A DNA stretch of 32,000 bases, taken from NCBI RefSeq assembly GCF_019343475.1, contig NZ_CP072453.1, positions 1,411,223 through 1,443,222 of the forward strand, given 5' to 3'. The notes under the pieces were generated by a model. It was not told the origin of the DNA. It ran no database searches and saw only the letters and a program-made list of their open reading frames with translations. Shown one piece after another: positions 16,388-24,692 of the stretch. The first letter of the stretch is position 1; each line of letters begins with the position of its first letter. The position numbers and the translations under genes were made by a program. The stretch is from Providencia sp. R33. GTDB lineage: Bacteria > Pseudomonadota > Gammaproteobacteria > Enterobacterales > Enterobacteriaceae.

Positions 16388-16726
16388 ATGCCGTTATTAC
16401 TGGCTTGGTTACCTGCACTGATTACATGGTTGTTTAATGCATGGCGTATTTACGTTGCAGCTTCTTTTTTATGGAAAATCATTAAATATATTGCAGGTGT
16501 CATTATTACCTATGCTGTAGTGAACTATGTTTTTGGTGGATTTATCTCGGCACTCATTAATTGGGTCTCAACTTCATTAACGTATATTTCCCCGTTTATT
16601 GATGCCTTTTCGTTATTTTTACCCTCAAATTTTGAAACCTGCGTTTATATCATCATTTCAGATTACGTTCTTGCCATGGTTTTGTCATGGAAACATCGTA
16701 TTGCAACGGCATTAGGAGCGATTTAA
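16388..16726 (+). CDS. Minor coat protein (gVI homologue)
   Basis: 112 aa, the same length as M13 pVI, and hydrophobic. LFLPSNFETCVYIIIS aligns with M13 LILPSNALPCFYVILS. An AAGGAG RBS is present. Confidence 0.85.
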   Translation: MPLLLAWLPALITWLFNAWRIYVAASFLWKIIKYIAGVIITYAVVNYVFGGFISALINWVSTSLTYISPFIDAFSLFLPSNFETCVYIIISDYVLAMVLSWKHRIATALGAI

Positions 16727-16888
16727 GTGGATTTTACTGTGTGGGACGTTATGGCATTTGCGTTCTCAATGTTTCTTTTATCTTATATAAGGTGATGTTA
16801 TGTCTATCATCCCGTTTATACCGACACGCCTTGAATATTACTATGGTCATTTAACGCATTCATATGCTTATTCACTTTAGGAGGGGAA

Positions 16889-17920
16889 ATGGCGGTCTAT
16901 TTTGTCACGGGTAAACTCGGTTCAGGAAAAACACTCTCAGCCGTGTATAAAATCCGCGATTACTTAATGAATGGGCGTAAGGTGGCGACAAACTTAAATA
17001 TCTCGTTAACAGGGATGTTTGGTTATCACGCCAAAAATATTAATCTGGTACGTATTCCTGATAAACCCAATATCATTGATTTAGAGTCAATTGGGCGCGG
17101 TAATTCTACTTACGATGAGTCACTCAATGGCTTACTGGTCTTGGACGAATGCGGAACATGGTTTAACTCGCGTTCTTGGGCAGATAAGAGCCGACAGGAG
17201 TTAATCAATTGGTTTGCACATGCGCGAAAGCTCGGCTGGGATATTCTTTTCCTTGTGCAAAGTCTTCATGTTGTCGATAAACAGAGTCGATTGATGTTTG
17301 CGGAACACGTGGTGTATTGCCGTCGTGCTGACCGTTTAAAAATCCCCTATATTCATTGGTTATTGCAATTAGTGACATTAGGGCATTTTCAACTCCCGAA
17401 AATCCACATGGCTATCGTGAAATACGGGGATTCACCGACTGCATTAGTCACTGACCGTTGGTTTTACCAAGGTGGGCCTTTGTATTCCGCTTATGACACC
17501 AAACAGCAATTTTCTGATTTCTATGCGCATGGGGCATTTTGTGTTTTGCCTCCGCATTACTACGTCTTAAAACGCACAAAAATTAATGTGAGCTTTTTTA
17601 TGCGCTTAACAAAAATCTATTTCAAACGCTCTAAACGACTCAGCTTAATTCTTTTGGGAATATTCCTGTGCCTTTCAGGGCAATTTTTTTATCACAAGTA
17701 TTGGCCATCAACGTCAGAAACACCCATCTTGCCACTTTCTGACGTTTTTATTGATTCTTACGTGAAGCACGGTAATCAGACTCAATACCGATTTTCAACA
17801 CCAAATGGCATTTTATCTGAAGACGATTTAACAAATGCAGGCATAAAAATTTCGCAGGTATCGCCCTGTAAAGTGTCATTAAATTTAAATGGGGTTTCAC
17901 ATGAAGTCACATGTAAATAG
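16889..17920 (+). CDS. Assembly ATPase (gI homologue, Zot family)
   Basis: The N-terminus MAVYFVTGKLGSGKTL is identical to M13 pI, and LLVLDECGTWFNSRSW, HARKLGWDI.FLVQ and EHVVYCRR are conserved. It has a Walker A motif and a TM segment, and a GGAGGGG RBS. Confidence 0.92.
   Translation: MAVYFVTGKLGSGKTLSAVYKIRDYLMNGRKVATNLNISLTGMFGYHAKNINLVRIPDKPNIIDLESIGRGNSTYDESLNGLLVLDECGTWFNSRSWADKSRQELINWFAHARKLGWDILFLVQSLHVVDKQSRLMFAEHVVYCRRADRLKIPYIHWLLQLVTLGHFQLPKIHMAIVKYGDSPTALVTDRWFYQGGPLYSAYDTKQQFSDFYAHGAFCVLPPHYYVLKRTKINVSFFMRLTKIYFKRSKRLSLILLGIFLCLSGQFFYHKYWPSTSETPILPLSDVFIDSYVKHGNQTQYRFSTPNGILSEDDLTNAGIKISQVSPCKVSLNLNGVSHEVTCK
17600..17920 (+). CDS. In-frame internal product of gI (pXI-like)
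   Basis: The internal Met238 (MRLTKIYFKRSKRLSLILLGIF) aligns with the M13 pXI start MKLTKIYLKKFSRVLCLAIGF. Use of this start here is an inference. Confidence 0.45.
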   Translation: MRLTKIYFKRSKRLSLILLGIFLCLSGQFFYHKYWPSTSETPILPLSDVFIDSYVKHGNQTQYRFSTPNGILSEDDLTNAGIKISQVSPCKVSLNLNGVSHEVTCK

Positions 17921-19229
17921 CTTGATAGGGGCGTTCTTATTGTGGTGCTCCTGCGCACACGCTCAATTACTAGAAATGAATAATGCGCCCATGACGGAGT
18001 TTGTGAATTGGTATTCGCAGCTATCAGGAAAGGGCGTTGTTTTACCCAGCAATTTTGATGGGCGAATTACCATTTATAATTCGGATGTGGACGCCTCTAA
18101 TATTGATGCTTTTTTTATTTCAGTCCTGGCTTCTCGTGGTTATGAAGTTGTGTCTGGGAGTCCACTGATTATTAAAGCGAACCCGACTATTGATGTGAAA
18201 CAAACGCGCCTTAATATGACACCGCTTGAAAGTAATGATGATTCCAACAGCTTAGATTATCAAGATAATGGCTCATCACTGGACAATTTATTAGATTATC
18301 CAGTTCAATCCGCACCTAAGTTTTTGGAGATGGAAACACGCACCTTTAAATTTCAGCGTATTACGGCTAAATCTGCCTTACCCGTTGTCGATATCTATTT
18401 AAAATCATTACCCACATCAGGTTCACACGTCGTGCTCGATGCGGCTTCCAATTCACTGATTGTGACGACCGTTAAAGGCAACTTTGATAATATTGGCTCC
18501 TTTATTCGTGATATTGACGTGAAAACAGAACAAGTTCTGATTGAAGCGATTATGTTCGAGGTTGGCAAAGGTTCATCGTTTGATTTTTCATTTGCAGCAG
18601 GTAAGCGTTCAGATTCAAACATTGTTGGGGGTATCAATACCACCTCATTATCCGACTCTCTGACCTCCAAGGGAGCGGCATTTGGCATATTCTCAGGCAA
18701 CATATTATCGTTGGCATTAACAGCTGTAGAAGGCGCTCAGGACTCAAAAATTTTGTCTGTACCCCGTATTTTAACCTTATCAGGCTCTGAGGGCTTTATC
18801 TCTTCAGGCCAAAACGTGCCGATTGTGACAGGAAAACTGGTTGGAGAGGGCGTTGACGCCAAAAATCCGTTCCAAACCATCACGCGCCGTGATGTAGGAA
18901 TTAACTTACGGGTTACGCCTATCGTACTGGGTGACGGTTCGATTATGTTAGATTTATCGTCTAATTCCGGCTCAATTTCTAATGTTACCGCAGCTTCCGA
19001 TATCATTTTAAACGAACGCACCATTAAGACGACCGTTCAGCTTAAAGATGGTGATACATTGCTTATTGGTGGGTTAATTCAACATAACGCGATTAATCAA
19101 AAAGACTCAACACCTATTGCGTCTTCTATCCCGTTAATTGGTTGGATGTTTGATTCCACCTCAGAATCTGAAACTGAAAACACCATGTATATTTTGATTA
19201 GAGCTCGGATTGTTTCGCCTTTATCCTAA
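17901..19229 (+). CDS. Outer-membrane secretin (gIV homologue)
   Basis: I chose the start at the ATG at 17901, giving the signal peptide MKSHVNSLIGAFLLWCSCAHA|Q. It overlaps the end of gI, as in Ff. LLEMNNAPM..FV.WYS, ILSVPRILTLSG, GQNVP, NPFQTI.RRDVGI and LL.GGL follow M13 pIV. Confidence 0.92.
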   Translation: MKSHVNSLIGAFLLWCSCAHAQLLEMNNAPMTEFVNWYSQLSGKGVVLPSNFDGRITIYNSDVDASNIDAFFISVLASRGYEVVSGSPLIIKANPTIDVKQTRLNMTPLESNDDSNSLDYQDNGSSLDNLLDYPVQSAPKFLEMETRTFKFQRITAKSALPVVDIYLKSLPTSGSHVVLDAASNSLIVTTVKGNFDNIGSFIRDIDVKTEQVLIEAIMFEVGKGSSFDFSFAAGKRSDSNIVGGINTTSLSDSLTSKGAAFGIFSGNILSLALTAVEGAQDSKILSVPRILTLSGSEGFISSGQNVPIVTGKLVGEGVDAKNPFQTITRRDVGINLRVTPIVLGDGSIMLDLSSNSGSISNVTAASDIILNERTIKTTVQLKDGDTLLIGGLIQHNAINQKDSTPIASSIPLIGWMFDSTSESETENTMYILIRARIVSPLS

Positions 19230-19278
19230 TTTTTTATTACGTTACATTCTAATTATTTATCAATCTCTCTTTTAATCA

Positions 19279-19340
19279 GAACCCTGTTAGCGATGTTCGC
19301 TCACTGCGAGAGCGGGGGGCGGATATCGCTAATGGGGTTT
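19279..19340 (+). other. GC-rich imperfect hairpin in the post-gIV intergenic region (candidate packaging signal or minus-strand origin)
   Basis: ttagcgat (19287-19294) pairs with atcgctaa (19325-19332). An outer accc/ggggt extension and an inner cgctc/gagcg stem are also present. The location corresponds to the Ff intergenic region. Confidence 0.4.
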
Positions 19341-19455
19341 CTATTAACAGTCATTTTATTTATGAATATAGCTTTTGTGATTATATCAGAATAAAGTTTC
19401 TTTATATGCCGTTAGGCATGTAAGGCGACACGCTAAAATTTCAGAAATACCCAAA

Positions 19456-19488
19456 GCTCGCTCGCCGATAAAACGGGCGGGCTTTTTT
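19456..19488 (+). terminator. Terminator-like hairpin with T6 tract in the intergenic region
   Basis: gctcgctcgccg-ataaaa-cgggcgggc (imperfect stem) is followed by tttttt. Confidence 0.4.
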
Positions 19489-19519
19489 GAAAAACACGAA
19501 ACCGCGCTTGCGCCACTGG

Positions 19520-19548
19520 TTGACAGGATTTTAATTGTTCGATCTAAT
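19520..19548 (+). promoter_or_regulatory. Candidate sigma70 promoter for the 72-aa ORF
   Basis: TTGACA at 19520-19525, a 17-bp spacer, then TCTAAT at 19543-19548, about 70 nt upstream of the ATG at 19618. Confidence 0.35.
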
Positions 19549-19617
19549 AGCAACTCAACAGTTTTATGGTCGAAGACGAAAGAATCTTTCAGCGATAATT
19601 TATAGGGAATGAATTAA

Positions 19618-19836
19618 ATGAAGACTGTTTGGATTGATGAAGAATCTTTTTTGCAAATGGCTAAAATTGGCTGGATTGACTATAGCAATGCACGTTTAGA
19701 TAACAATAAGTTGCTTGGTATCGAATTACCGCCAAGACGCAAAAATGGCAATAATACGCATTTCAAAATGACGTTAACCGATGTAACAAGGTTCATTAAT
19801 GACTATAACGAAGCCAAAAAGAACCAACACAATTAA
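19618..19836 (+). CDS. Hypothetical 72-aa protein adjacent to attP
   Basis: ORF with an AGGGA RBS. Its last codons and stop lie inside the 70-bp repeat, 37 nt before the XerC arm. I recognise no family. Confidence 0.55.
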   Translation: MKTVWIDEESFLQMAKIGWIDYSNARLDNNKLLGIELPPRRKNGNNTHFKMTLTDVTRFINDYNEAKKNQHN

Positions 19837-19885
19837 CCAGCCAGAACGCTGGATTTCTTCATTTTATACCTAGGTTCGCATAATG
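19816..19885 (+). repeat. 70-bp direct repeat, copy 2 of 3
   Basis: Identical to 9756-9825 and 29876-29945. Confidence 0.9.
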
Positions 19886-19900
19886 TATAACGCTATGTTA
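19873..19900 (+). other. Phage-phage junction dif-like site (equals attP1 as in the circular phage genome)
   Basis: GGTTCGCATAATGTATAACGCTATGTTA, identical to attL. Phage sequence lies on both sides. Confidence 0.8.
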
Positions 19901-19964
19901 CAAAAGGGTTCTGAGTGATTGCGGTAGAATGGTTTTGGGGTTTACCGCAATCGGGAAGGTTCGT

Positions 19965-19993
19965 CTTTACACATAGCGTGCATTGTGCGAATC
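19965..19993 (-). other. Inverted dif-like site (attP2-like), copy 2
   Basis: Identical to 9905-9933 (+10,060). Confidence 0.65.
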
Positions 19994-20036
19994 TACTAGG
20001 CTAAAATCTGAGAAATCATTAAAGGGTTTTATTAAT

Positions 20037-20303
20037 TCATCTTTTGCCATCATTTAACTCTTTTTTATTAGATAATTCTATTACTGTATTAAAAAGATAA
20101 TCATCTGCTACATCTAAAATAATGCCGATACCTTGATACTCGTCTTCATCACTACCTTTTAAGATTTCTCCTTCAGCCCCCTCAGTTTTCACAAACTCAT
20201 AAATATCTTCAATTAAAAATGTAATTAATTCTGCTCTTGATTTTCTATTATTGTTTTTATCATTAATTAACCATTTATTAATTTCTAATTTAATTTTATT
20301 CAT
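20037..20303 (-). CDS. Hypothetical small acidic protein (cargo gene 4), copy 2
   Basis: Identical to 9977-10243. Confidence 0.65.
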   Translation of the reverse strand: MNKIKLEINKWLINDKNNNRKSRAELITFLIEDIYEFVKTEGAEGEILKGSDEDEYQGIGIILDVADDYLFNTVIELSNKKELNDGKR

Positions 20304-20333
20304 GTGACCTCTTATCTTTTCATCTTGTGTTAA

Positions 20334-21086
20334 TCAATCGCCTGCTACTATTTTAATTTCCCGCATTGGAATATTATTTAACTCAGTAATGTTAAATATA
20401 TACGTATCATCTTCAAGCTCTTTGTCTTTATTGATTTTTTTAGCAATAAAATAATCATTATACTTATTGACTATTACATATGTCATATTATTCTTTTCAA
20501 TTGAATAAAATACTGATTTAGTTCTTGCACCATATTTACCCAGTGAAGTAATTATTAATGAAAATATAATTAAAATAAAAAGAATTGCTAACATATCGGT
20601 TGACAACCTTGTTTCTCTAACGCTGGATTTTCTATCTACCAACTCTTTTTCAATATTATTATTGATGCTCTCAAAAATATTTTTCGATTTCTCTTTGAAT
20701 GGGAAAGATACAATAACAACTAGCAATGCAAATATCCCTATAGAAATAGCTAAGTATTTAAAATTCACATTACCATTCAAAAATAAAATCATTAACATGA
20801 TGATAAATAGGAAAAAATAAGAGAATAGGTTTTTTGCTATTTTACCTATAATACCCAATGGGTTTATTAAGCTTACAAGCATATCCATTATCCCTGTGAT
20901 TATGAATATAAACATAAACAACCCAAAGCCCATCTGTAATAAGTTCATTATACTTATGGAAATAAGGTCTTTTGAATAATTAAAATGGTTTGCATAACCT
21001 AATTCAAAAAAATAAGCAGAGCAATAAGAAGCACTTGTTATTATAGCAAGAAGTAGTGTTTCTTTTTTTAAAATACATTTAATCAT
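20334..21086 (-). CDS. Hypothetical polytopic membrane protein (cargo gene 3), copy 2
   Basis: Identical to 10274-11026. Confidence 0.7.
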   Translation of the reverse strand: MIKCILKKETLLLAIITSASYCSAYFFELGYANHFNYSKDLISISIMNLLQMGFGLFMFIFIITGIMDMLVSLINPLGIIGKIAKNLFSYFFLFIIMLMILFLNGNVNFKYLAISIGIFALLVVIVSFPFKEKSKNIFESINNNIEKELVDRKSSVRETRLSTDMLAILFILIIFSLIITSLGKYGARTKSVFYSIEKNNMTYVIVNKYNDYFIAKKINKDKELEDDTYIFNITELNNIPMREIKIVAGD

Positions 21087-21102
21087 AACATACTCATTTA
21101 GC

Positions 21103-21291
21103 TTACAATTTCCATCTTACTAGCGCACAGAAAGCAGTTGCAGCTCCTAAATATAACGTATATTTCCATTCAATGGCGTTAACTTTAGATGTGAGTAAAA
21201 ACATGGCGAACGTTAATACTCCTAAAATTATGGCGGCTTTACCTGCATAATAAGAAATCATTGCATTCATATCATCATTAAAATTTGACAT
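21103..21291 (-). CDS. Hypothetical 62-aa two-helix membrane peptide (cargo gene 2), copy 2
   Basis: Identical to 11043-11231. Confidence 0.6.
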   Translation of the reverse strand: MSNFNDDMNAMISYYAGKAAIILGVLTFAMFLLTSKVNAIEWKYTLYLGAATAFCALVRWKL

Positions 21292-21304
21292 TATAACCTC
21301 AAAT

Positions 21305-21338
21305 GTTCGTCTTTACACATAGAGTGAATTTTGTGAAT
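21305..21338 (+). repeat. Degenerate attP2-like arm, copy 2
   Basis: Identical to 11245-11278, and 30/34 identical to 19959-19992. Confidence 0.8.
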
Positions 21339-22024
21339 TAATTATCTTCATTTTTAAGTGTCTTAACTTTAAAAATTACAGAGTCACTAGATACGATGTC
21401 AGGACTGCCATCCCACGTAATAGAGCCTTTATTTCTATATGTAAATAAGAGTTCTGTTGGAAATTCATTATCTGATTTAGCAGCCCATAATTCACGAAGA
21501 TATTTAAGTTTAATCGGTGCATTAGCACTTATTAACGCCATTAAAACCAGTCTATCTTTTAACGTTGGAAGATTGTTACTATTAATTTTCGAATCAATAA
21601 CATTGTTAATCGACAGCTCTAATTCTTTGATTTTTTCTTCATTACCATCAATTGCTTTTATTTTATTGTCAACCAGTGAAATTATTTCATTTTTCAATGT
21701 TTCTTTGACTTTTTCTAATGTATTTTCATCATCATTTTCGTTAATTTCATTAGGTTTTTTCCAAATATGCTCTCTCATATCTGTCACTGTATCTTTCATC
21801 ATAGAGAATGTATCCGAATATAACTTATCAAATAGCTTTTCTAATCTTTCAACGTTTGATTGAATTTCACTTGCTGCCTTTGTTGTTTCTTTAGCAGCCT
21901 CGTTAGACATTTTAAAAAATACGATTGATAGCCAAATCGCACCAACAGCAAGCAGTAAGGAGGCTATGGATGCAATAAAACTAATAATTTCAAATATACT
22001 TTGCATAGTGTTTGTGGTTTCCAT
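21338..22024 (-). CDS. Hypothetical membrane-anchored coiled-coil protein (cargo gene 1), copy 2
   Basis: Identical to 11278-11964. Confidence 0.6.
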   Translation of the reverse strand: METTNTMQSIFEIISFIASIASLLLAVGAIWLSIVFFKMSNEAAKETTKAASEIQSNVERLEKLFDKLYSDTFSMMKDTVTDMREHIWKKPNEINENDDENTLEKVKETLKNEIISLVDNKIKAIDGNEEKIKELELSINNVIDSKINSNNLPTLKDRLVLMALISANAPIKLKYLRELWAAKSDNEFPTELLFTYRNKGSITWDGSPDIVSSDSVIFKVKTLKNEDN

Positions 22025-22053
22025 TTTCACAAATGTTACAAGGAATATGAAAA

Positions 22054-22075
22054 CCCCCGTGCTGTACTACGGGGG
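22054..22075 (-). terminator. Terminator after the 77-aa gene, copy 2
   Basis: Identical to 11994-12015. Confidence 0.55.
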
Positions 22076-22147
22076 TAGTCTCAGGATAACTACAATATTT
22101 CAGGCAACTATCTAAAAACAAAACATATTATCATTTCTGTAATTATT

Positions 22148-22381
22148 TTATTTTTTTATGTCACTTTTGAAAAATAGCTCTCCATTTTCATTTACATCTA
22201 CATCATGAATTTTGTTCTCTAAGACAAAGTGAACAATATCAGATTCTCTATACACCGCTTTAAGCCCATTCATAATATTTTTTCTTGTTAAATTATAAGA
22301 AATTTCTTTTAAATCAGCGGATTCTGTGTCTTTTAGCCTAACTGTTTTAATCAGTGGTTCTGTCATATTTTTTTCTCTCAT
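22148..22381 (-). CDS. Candidate phage repressor (77 aa), copy 2
   Basis: Identical to 12088-12321. Confidence 0.5.
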   Translation of the reverse strand: MREKNMTEPLIKTVRLKDTESADLKEISYNLTRKNIMNGLKAVYRESDIVHFVLENKIHDVDVNENGELFFKSDIKK

Positions 22382-22403
22382 TAGTTGCCTACTCAGATCC
22401 TAT

Positions 22404-22493
22404 AACATGTATACATATTTTCAATTACTAGTTGACATGTAATATGTAACAGGTATATCTTCAAATGAAATATAATTTGTAATATGTATACAT
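22404..22493. promoter_or_regulatory. Divergent control region with operator-like repeats, copy 2
   Basis: Identical to 12344-12433. Confidence 0.5.
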
Positions 22494-22693
22494 GGTATTT
22501 TATGAACATTGTCTATTTCGATTTTATAGAAGGGTATGGCATTAACGCTCAAGTCGGTATTGAGTGGGATTTTTACCGTTCCTTTGAGGAATTGATTAAA
22601 GAGTGTTCAAACTGCTTTCACGATAATTTTATCTTAGCGCCAACCACGGCTATTTCAGGGAATTTCTTAGGTTACAGGGAGAGCTTGCTATGA
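22484..22693 (+). CDS. Hypothetical 69-aa ORF upstream of rep, copy 2 (uncertain)
   Basis: Identical to 12424-12633. Confidence 0.3.
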   Translation: MYTWYFMNIVYFDFIEGYGINAQVGIEWDFYRSFEELIKECSNCFHDNFILAPTTAISGNFLGYRESLL

Positions 22694-23829
22694 GTAATCA
22701 ATCAACTCGCTCTGTTTTTATTGACTATTTAGCTTTTTCCGCACCCATTTCAGTCATGAAAGATGTTCATACTTTTCAAGAAAAGGGTTTTGAATGGCGT
22801 AAATTTCAATATTTACCTTCTTATCGTCATTATCAAACTGAACCACGTTATGCATGTTTGCCTGAGTTTCAAGGGATCCCCGAGATCCCATCAAACACTA
22901 TGACCGATGAGCAGTTAAATCAATATGATACTGACTTAATAGAATGCTATTTTTCTCGTTTAAAAACATGGATAGCTTCTGTTTTTGGCTTAGTTATGGG
23001 GCTGCCAAGGGGTAAGGGCGGTTTTGCATATAGTGATTCCGCACTGTTGTATAGTGACCAAGGTGGCTCAGATCATTGCGGTGTGATTTTTTGGGGAGGT
23101 AATAACGATACATTTTATGTTCAAATTTCAGGTTTAGGTTGTGCTCATGTATTTAGTGGAACAACACCACAAAAAATTCATAAGTGGTTAAAACACCTTG
23201 ATATTTTTACATTAAAACGTCTCGACTTAGCAACCGATGATTATGATGGGATTTTTACCTGTCAAGCGGCATTACGGGATTATCGTTTTGATGCGTTCTA
23301 TGGTGGAGCAGGTCCCAAACCTAAACTCGATACATCAAATGGCATTGATGCCAATGGATGTGTGACAAAAGAAATCGTCAATATTGGTTCTCGTCAATCT
23401 CGTATTTACTGGCGTATTTACAATAAAGCATTGGAACAAAAGGTTTCGGGTATTTGGTATCGTTCAGAGGTCGAGTTAAAAGGGCTTTCAATTGATACAT
23501 TGCTAAATATCGCAGGAATTTATACTGGGCTATGTGATTATTCTGCTCAAATTAATCCGACTGTACCAACTTCTATTCCACCGCTTTTTGTTCGTAAAGC
23601 CATTGATTCCATTGAAGCAAAAGTTCGATGGTTACGCAAACAGGCATCAGCAACGCTTGCTAAAGTTTTTCATTATCATGAAGGTGATATGTTAAAAGTT
23701 TTTTCTATGGTTCTTAGGGAAGAACACCTTGAAGATCTAAATGTACGTTTTGATATACCGCCTATATATCACACTTTATACCAAACTTTAATGAGCGAAA
23801 AATTAAAGCTTTCTCAAACACCTTTTTAA
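22690..23829 (+). CDS. Rep_trans-family replication initiator, copy 2
   Basis: Identical to 12630-13769. Confidence 0.8.
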   Translation: MSNQSTRSVFIDYLAFSAPISVMKDVHTFQEKGFEWRKFQYLPSYRHYQTEPRYACLPEFQGIPEIPSNTMTDEQLNQYDTDLIECYFSRLKTWIASVFGLVMGLPRGKGGFAYSDSALLYSDQGGSDHCGVIFWGGNNDTFYVQISGLGCAHVFSGTTPQKIHKWLKHLDIFTLKRLDLATDDYDGIFTCQAALRDYRFDAFYGGAGPKPKLDTSNGIDANGCVTKEIVNIGSRQSRIYWRIYNKALEQKVSGIWYRSEVELKGLSIDTLLNIAGIYTGLCDYSAQINPTVPTSIPPLFVRKAIDSIEAKVRWLRKQASATLAKVFHYHEGDMLKVFSMVLREEHLEDLNVRFDIPPIYHTLYQTLMSEKLKLSQTPF

Positions 23830-23851
23830 AAATAATTAGGATGAATTTATT

Positions 23852-24127
23852 ATGATTAAAATTGAATTAAACGCTGAAGATTGTGCAGTTAAAACAAAAG
23901 AAGTCACTTCAACTCGTACAGGTGAAATTTTACATTTCCGTGAGCAAAAAGCCTATATTTATAATGGCGGTATTTATCCCAAGCAATTCATGATTGGTCT
24001 GGAAAAAGATCAGGCTGCATATCCTGCGGGCTTTTATACATTATCTATAGATTCATATGATGTGGGGGATTTTGGTGCATTAAAATTCTCTCGAAATATT
24101 AAATTAATCCCCATTGATAAAAAATAA
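23852..24127 (+). CDS. ssDNA-binding protein (gV homologue), copy 2
   Basis: Identical to 13792-14067. Confidence 0.9.
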   Translation: MIKIELNAEDCAVKTKEVTSTRTGEILHFREQKAYIYNGGIYPKQFMIGLEKDQAAYPAGFYTLSIDSYDVGDFGALKFSRNIKLIPIDKK

Positions 24128-24154
24128 ATTTAATTAATTTTAATAGGAAAGGGC

Positions 24155-24271
24155 ATGTTTAATTTCGAACCGTCATTACTTTTTGAGTTAAGAGATTTTA
24201 TTTATGTCGTTTCTGGTTTCATTGTTTTTTTATTGTCATTTATTGCTGGTCGCTTAACCGCTCCGAGGTAA
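24155..24271 (+). CDS. gVII-like minor coat protein, copy 2
   Basis: Identical to 14095-14211. I checked the ATG at 24155 and the TAA at 24269-24271 in the sequence. Confidence 0.6.
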   Translation: MFNFEPSLLFELRDFIYVVSGFIVFLLSFIAGRLTAPR

Positions 24272-24273
24272 TT

Positions 24274-24375
24274 ATGCTTGGATTAATTGCGTTATTTTCA
24301 TCAATTGTTGCTTCAGGTTTTGCGGCTGGTTATCTCGTCGGTTTTTTTGACCGATTAACTCGTGAACTATCCTAG
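24274..24375 (+). CDS. gIX-like minor coat protein, copy 2
   Basis: Identical to 14214-14315. Confidence 0.6.
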   Translation: MLGLIALFSSIVASGFAAGYLVGFFDRLTRELS

Positions 24376-24386
24376 AAAGGTGATTT

Positions 24387-24620
24387 ATGTTTAAAAAAAC
24401 ATTAGCAACAATCATTGTTGCTACCGCGTCCATCGCTTCTCCTGCTGTTTTTGCAGCTGAAACACCAACGTCAACAGTTCCGCAAGCTGCGCAAGATGCA
24501 ATTACAGGAGTTGGCAGTACCGCAACGGGCATGATTGATTTGGCGTGGCCTGTTATCGCGCTTGTTGTCGGTGGTTTCTTAGCCATTAAGATGTTTAAAA
24601 AAGTGGCATCAAAAGTCTAA
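24387..24620 (+). CDS. Major coat protein (gVIII homologue), copy 2
   Basis: Identical to 14327-14560. Confidence 0.9.
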   Translation: MFKKTLATIIVATASIASPAVFAAETPTSTVPQAAQDAITGVGSTATGMIDLAWPVIALVVGGFLAIKMFKKVASKV

Positions 24621-24649
24621 CGCTATTGACTCAGCGTTATATCCTCTTT

Positions 24650-24672
24650 GGGGCTTCGTGCCCCATTTTTTT
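24650..24672 (+). terminator. Terminator after gVIII, copy 2
   Basis: Identical to 14590-14612. Confidence 0.7.
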
Positions 24673-24692
24673 AAATAACAAGGTTTTCAATT

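Larger units (their letters stand above)
9826..19885 (+). mobile_element. Filamentous (inovirus, Ff-like) prophage, copy 1, integrated at dif
   Basis: A 10,060-bp unit with the complete Ff gene order (rep, gV, gVII, gIX, gVIII, gIII, gVI, gI, gIV) and dif-like ends. No integrase is present. The left boundary is ambiguous within 9756-9825 because of the 70-bp repeat. Confidence 0.9.

Noticed and set aside
18395-19024. Minus-strand ORFs of 102 and 95 aa inside gIV (and their copies at 28455-29084)
   Set aside because: They are antisense to a secretin gene with clear M13 pIV homology.
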